In this document: positions 17,701 through 20,000 of the stretch, one piece after another | Numbering within the stretch: the stretch's first letter is position 1 | Layout of the letters: each line of letters starts with the position of its first letter | DNA from: an uncultured virus (IMG/VR IMGVR_UViG_3300023109_000008) | Taxonomy: Duplodnaviria; Heunggongvirae; Uroviricota; Caudoviricetes | IMG/VR virus record: IMGVR_UViG_3300023109_000008 | Strand: one strand, 5' to 3' | DNA length: 20,000 nt | Translations under genes and position numbers: made by a program | Notes under the pieces: model-generated | Databases searched by the model: none | What the model saw: the letters and a program-made list of their open reading frames with translations, nothing else | What the model was told of the DNA's origin: nothing

Positions 17701-17836
17701 TGCAACAGTAACTACCAGTGTAGAATTCGCTGATTACGATGTATTACTTCAAAGTGGTGAAGGTAGAATTTACTGTACCCCAGATGCGACAACGTCAACT
17801 GAATTTAAAGTATTTGCTACACTGATAAAAGCATAG
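11759..17836 (+). CDS. Large modular tail-fibre-like virion protein (2025 aa)
   Basis: GAGGT RBS at 11749-11753. The protein is very acidic and T/G/N/D-rich. It carries typical fibre modules: P....DA.TK.YVD-like x4, VKAATTA...LLVKDQT...ENG.Y, PxG.T.QR...GMIR.N.T..RFE.Y.G..W x2, ANTGV.ag.YG x4, and DGAGSSLDADLLDG. Confidence 0.85.
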   Translation: MAIKVVVGSSPQRSVTTVLEGEKKPLITPDSVTLGIDTVGEYVATLGISGNGLIITPEDANTRNLETSNIILAHANTSSELSTNNDILGFVQNVGIDEFGHVDLLSSLSFDPQNFTNSNGVITTNPIQIGDLILQNSDNTAVLSGLTEIGVGDLTIANTTIASPSNLLLDVASNGFITFGGNEVVDLPTPTSNSAPTTKEYVDLEILALETGLLFVGDPIDPNDGANKRYVDAVAEIVSRSKSVKAATTADLGGTFDSGNTTYGATITLDPSTQLNIDDVVIWSKGDSLLVKDQTNPLENGTYDILTVGNQFVNWVIQRNIFEDDSNELPGSFEFVTDGTTNRDKGFVATVVDAETFVIDQDDVVYQQFFGGGNLSAGKDLTLIDDREFALNSNVTLESITSLDLEDLVITSNTVTIDSTGGFVIPAGTTDQRTTPQQGMIRYNITDSRFEAYNGNVWTGLGGTVDADQDTFVRAESSSGADNDELEFFTGGTLRLNLANTGNLTFGHAQNKFTVDYDNGNTIIDGSLTINTDTILGAGEVSYFNQLGAIKLPNGATYQRPSPPAPGMIRFNTTDSRFEGYDGSIWSGLAGSVIDVDQDTKIIAESSPNADNDQIQFFTQNANRLTIEANGMITTPGADTDLEIVPSGNLLVGNTIISQVADPVNPQDAVTLNYLENGGFASTLTIIDGANSSNFAILEDPQITLGQGLELKGVDENANEMELAVANTGVQAGMYGNDGFSPRIRITPDGRVDFATEIPVELQANAIPDFTETSRDIIGLMFTDGFNAGLHNGVVITHNDGDDLFEVDLVANTVSRVIAGNDGVLVDNGQTGNNAPTPLATARIYHNATSTVANTANFGGNFIQNMSFDQYGHVADLATANTDNLYYRLDGAVEGTGVLVAASFADSANTDYYLNPFETSRIKNLILGYGAPNSFLEMSDGPLETDKSFIYASGGEIGFVDNSLNYFAKANRSTGDFTITGALIAGGFADTQDTSFVINPAANSNVYNFFVENAMYLKDNVNEMVWDSTSVSSNNGILEFNGTILRNIGAAELDNDAVTLGYLNAQLLGGEGISLSNTFTVDANVDDSTLTIINDVIQVKDQGITNQQIFEPFIKLTGETNPIIPESFVTANLTLFDGSNWLVNGSLRDETYSAQSEPELTIYIGDTVNFSVSGANTIALYIKTSETAGSGDQASGVTNQGATGGETLTFVPDTVGTFYYIDGADTNRSGVINVLQQYTPDENVYLGETINFVAGEGINTVVSNNTITISAEFATEFASNDNRGVAAFVDTDFVVSNGVVELANTGVTAGTYGSASQIPVLEIDEHGLIRVANTSAVAGVDNMQWNTANNTLTTETGDGSSFHTFINTFGANTFFSDNVGITGSLFVGGLVDGRDIALDGAKLDLLEDGLELTLDGKVTGTATSNTGVMTLTTELANTGVVADTYGSSTEIPIITIDEDGRITLANTAAVAGVDSFSYEPANNTITLVTGDGSEFHLQTQTTVTLDGDVTGTATSSNGSVEITTDISTTGVVAGVYGTASQIPVVTVAADGRITSMSNTAVAGVEDFFYSSGNNTLHLETGDGSEFLARIDLFGETIDGDVSFNGDMSVNGDITATGNVSVGETLTVNGTEVLVTNTEILEGIKTVDGAGSSLDADLLDGLHASDILAQAANTATGSIGNGTIDIDTGDGLDGSGTFNLNDFTNTSITFTHSNTSDIANTSLADGNVITGMDFDQFGHVITTSSTDLDGRYYTETELDNGALDSLYFNVTGDTVTGNSVFEENVDIDGNLVVDGTINRDPRITLNGFVNGFTDLVNLANGSMTTSTDTEILVGGGLTGGGSINANVTISHADTSSVANVAGVAEKEVLNEISFDEFGHVVAANTKILEFISQTEADARYVNEDGDVMTGNLEVQAVISQEHSAFFNATLTTTATSSQILFSFDETAYCGGEVVITATRGINRHITKMMIAHNGTTLNATEFATVTTSVEFADYDVLLQSGEGRIYCTPDATTSTEFKVFATLIKA
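13028..13633 (+). repeat. Duplicated ~75-aa module (P.G.T.QR...GMIR.N.TDSRFE.Y.G..W.GL.G...D.DQDT...AESS..ADND...FFT)
   Basis: Copies at about 13028-13246 and 13406-13633 with high visible identity. Confidence 0.85.
15662..16516 (+). repeat. Three ~61-aa repeats (lantGV.ag.YGs...IPv..iD.dGri..ant.AVAGVd...y...NNTl...TGDGS.F)
   Basis: Copies at about 15662-15844, 16061-16243 and 16334-16516. The last two form a 273-nt (91-aa) tandem unit together with the preceding TLDG.VTGTATS segment. Confidence 0.85.
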
Positions 17837-17875
17837 TAAAGAAAATAATGCCTAATTCTGGGGAGAGTGAACCGA

Positions 17876-20000
17876 ATGGCAAACGATAAGAAATTTATAG
17901 TCAAAAACGGCCTTGAGACTGAAGGCGATGTACTCATTGGTGGTGTAACTGATGATGGTATCAGTAAACTTCAGACTGAAGGTGCGGTAAAATTTACTGC
18001 TACTTTCCCATCCTATCCAACACTTCATGTTATTAATAACACTGGAACTGCAGATTCTCCAATCGTAGAATTTGAAGGCCCTTCTGGTGCACTCTCCATT
18101 CGTAACATTGACACAAATGATTTTGGGATCTTCAACGGAACGCAGACATCTGGTAGTGGTATAGAGTTCCATCAAGGTGGCGCAGGGGTTGGTGAACTCA
18201 TTCTCAAACGTGCAGGCAGTGAAGTACTATCTTTCTCAAATGGTAACACATCTTTCACTGGTTTGTCAACCACTAATATCGAAGGTCGTCGTATTATTAC
18301 CACAGACGATCAGGCAAGTCAAGGGGGTTCTTTCGACGCCGCAACACTCGACGGTTTAGATTCAACCCAATTCGTACGTTCTGATGAAAATGATACGATG
18401 GATGGTTCTTATATCATCACAGGTAACTTGACTGTACAAGGTGTAACTACATCAATTAATTCAGAAGTCGTAACGATTGCAGATAATATTCTACAGTTGA
18501 ATAGTAATGTTACAGGCGCACCTACAGAAAATTCTGGTATTGAGATTGTACGTGGCACATCCGATAATGTTTCTTTAATTTGGAATGAAACATCTGATTG
18601 GTGGTCAGTAGGAACCTATTCCTTTGAGTCAGACGAAATAAGATCCACAGACGGAAGTGATCTATCTCTTCGTGCTGCATCCTCTTCATCGGCGAATGTT
18701 AATATCACTGCAGGGTTTGGTAGTAACTATATTGGTTTGAAATCAGTATTTACTGGTTCTGAAGGATATGGTGAGGTTCTTTACGGAAACGATGCAAAAC
18801 TTCAGGCGGTTACAGACGGTATATTAATTGGTGAAAACCTAGACGTTAATGGTGACATTACAGTAGGTGATAACTCCAACGCTGCACAAATTAACTTTGA
18901 CGGTGTGGGAATTAATAGAACAATATATTCCAACAACGGAGAAATCGGTTTCCTTAAAGGTAACCTAAACTACGGCGCATATTTAAATACAAACGAAGAC
19001 TGGATTGTTGCTGGTAATAACGAAGTACAGGGAAATATAGTTTCAGAAGGCGACATCACTGCGAAAGATGATATTTTTGCAGATGGTGACATCACTTCAA
19101 ACAATAATATTACTGCGACTAACGGAAACATTACTGCATCAGCAGGTGCGGTAACTGCGCAAACAAGTGTAACTGCAATCACAGGAAATGTTACTGCTGC
19201 GGCAGGAAACGTTACTGCAGGTAACGATGTCACAGCGGCAAATGATGTGACTGCACTCGCAGGTGATGTGACTGCAGGTCAAGACGTTATTGCAACAAGA
19301 GATATCACTGCAGGTAGAAATGCGGCGATTACAGAAGACTTAACTGCAAATAATGCGTACATTACCAATGATTTGACTGCTGACGATATTATCTCTCAGA
19401 CTATCAACGCCAACAGTGCAATCATTGGTGACATCACTGCGAATAATATTACTGCAGATCAGGATATCCGTTCTGGTCGTTTCGTTGATAACGATGATGA
19501 CACTTACTACTTCGATGGTGATAAGACAACTGTTGCAAATACTATTGGTATTGATACTGAGTTGTTCCACAATGGAGATACAGATACAAAACTTAGATTC
19601 GAAACGGATCAAGTAGAGTTTTACGCTGGATCAAACACACCAAAACTAAGAGTTGAAAATACTAAAGTAACATCTGTTGAAATTCATGCACCACTCTATT
19701 ACGATAGTGATGATACCAACTACTATTTGAACCCAGCTGCAAGTTCCGTATTGTCGAATATTTACATCGATGATTATATCTTGCACAATGGTGACGCTGA
19801 CACTTACTTTGGATTTAGTGCAGATGATCAGTTTAGAGTTACAACAGGCAACAACCTTGGATTCTTGGTTACAAATTCGGTTGTTCGTGCATATAACGAA
19901 ATGCGTGCTCCATCCTTTAAAGGAGAATCGGGCGGTACAACAAACTTCTTGGATTTTGAAAGTAATACATCAGGAGCCGCATCTCTTGCAGTATCTGGTG
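17876..20000 (+). CDS. Tail-fibre-like virion protein, 3'-partial (>708 aa), starting MANDKKFIVKNGLETEG; absent from the supplied ORF track
   Basis: Manual translation from ATG 17876 (frame 2) shows no stop to the window end. GGGAG precedes it at 17861-17865. It contains DAATLDGLDSTQFVRSD, GNLTVQG.TT.INS....IADNI..LN, GIEIVRG...LIWNE and YYDSDDTNYYLNPA fibre motifs. Confidence 0.9.
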   Translation, partial: MANDKKFIVKNGLETEGDVLIGGVTDDGISKLQTEGAVKFTATFPSYPTLHVINNTGTADSPIVEFEGPSGALSIRNIDTNDFGIFNGTQTSGSGIEFHQGGAGVGELILKRAGSEVLSFSNGNTSFTGLSTTNIEGRRIITTDDQASQGGSFDAATLDGLDSTQFVRSDENDTMDGSYIITGNLTVQGVTTSINSEVVTIADNILQLNSNVTGAPTENSGIEIVRGTSDNVSLIWNETSDWWSVGTYSFESDEIRSTDGSDLSLRAASSSSANVNITAGFGSNYIGLKSVFTGSEGYGEVLYGNDAKLQAVTDGILIGENLDVNGDITVGDNSNAAQINFDGVGINRTIYSNNGEIGFLKGNLNYGAYLNTNEDWIVAGNNEVQGNIVSEGDITAKDDIFADGDITSNNNITATNGNITASAGAVTAQTSVTAITGNVTAAAGNVTAGNDVTAANDVTALAGDVTAGQDVIATRDITAGRNAAITEDLTANNAYITNDLTADDIISQTINANSAIIGDITANNITADQDIRSGRFVDNDDDTYYFDGDKTTVANTIGIDTELFHNGDTDTKLRFETDQVEFYAGSNTPKLRVENTKVTSVEIHAPLYYDSDDTNYYLNPAASSVLSNIYIDDYILHNGDADTYFGFSADDQFRVTTGNNLGFLVTNSVVRAYNEMRAPSFKGESGGTTNFLDFESNTSGAASLAVSG
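19013..19473 (+). repeat. Low-complexity 5-7 aa (G/N/D)-(D/N)-(V/I)-T-A repeats, probable triple beta-helix
   Basis: GDITAKDDIFADGDITSNNNITATNGNITASAGAVTAQTSVTAITGNVTAAAGNVTAGNDVTAANDVTALAGDVTAGQDVIATRDITAG... Confidence 0.75.

Noticed and set aside
17831..17881. T4 gene 60-like ribosomal bypass (GCA-TAG ... GCA) or readthrough fusing the two in-frame fibre genes
   Set aside because: Three in-frame stops lie in the gap, no take-off hairpin is evident, the downstream gene has its own SD and ATG, and ATG-GCA is the common start in this cluster.
106..19616. Numerous 60-170 aa minus-strand and off-frame ORFs
   Set aside because: They lie within or almost entirely overlap long + strand genes with coherent repeats and codon bias, so they are shadow ORFs.
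11759..20000. Assigning T4 gene names (gp34/gp36/gp37/gp12) to the fibre genes
   Set aside because: Only generic fibre motifs are recognisable, with no specific orthology evidence.

Overview
The window is part of a late (virion structural) gene cluster from a large T4-like, probably aquatic or marine, myovirus. It holds six tightly packed + strand genes. (1) A 5'-truncated giant mosaic protein (>2338 aa, <1..7017) built from two interleaved repeat types. (2) A 151-aa protein. (3) A 1300-aa Gly-X-Gln collagen-like fibre. (4) A 111-aa baseplate/adaptor-like protein behind a perfect T4 late promoter (TATAAATA). (5) A 2025-aa modular tail-fibre-like protein. (6) A 3'-truncated fibre-like gene starting at 17876 that the ORF track missed. 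The most striking signal is in the giant protein: 8 intact and 1 degenerate helical repeats whose K-C-x-R-D-x-G motif and flanking helices resemble the bilin-attachment region (alpha-Cys84) of phycobiliproteins, interleaved with His/Cys/His/His beta-modules. The collagen fibre carries a cupredoxin-like domain with a complete type-1 copper ligand set (H...C-x2-H-x2-M). Codon choice also suggests strict avoidance of GGWCC and ACCWGG/CCWGGT and depletion of AGCT. All family assignments come from motif recognition by eye, not database searches.
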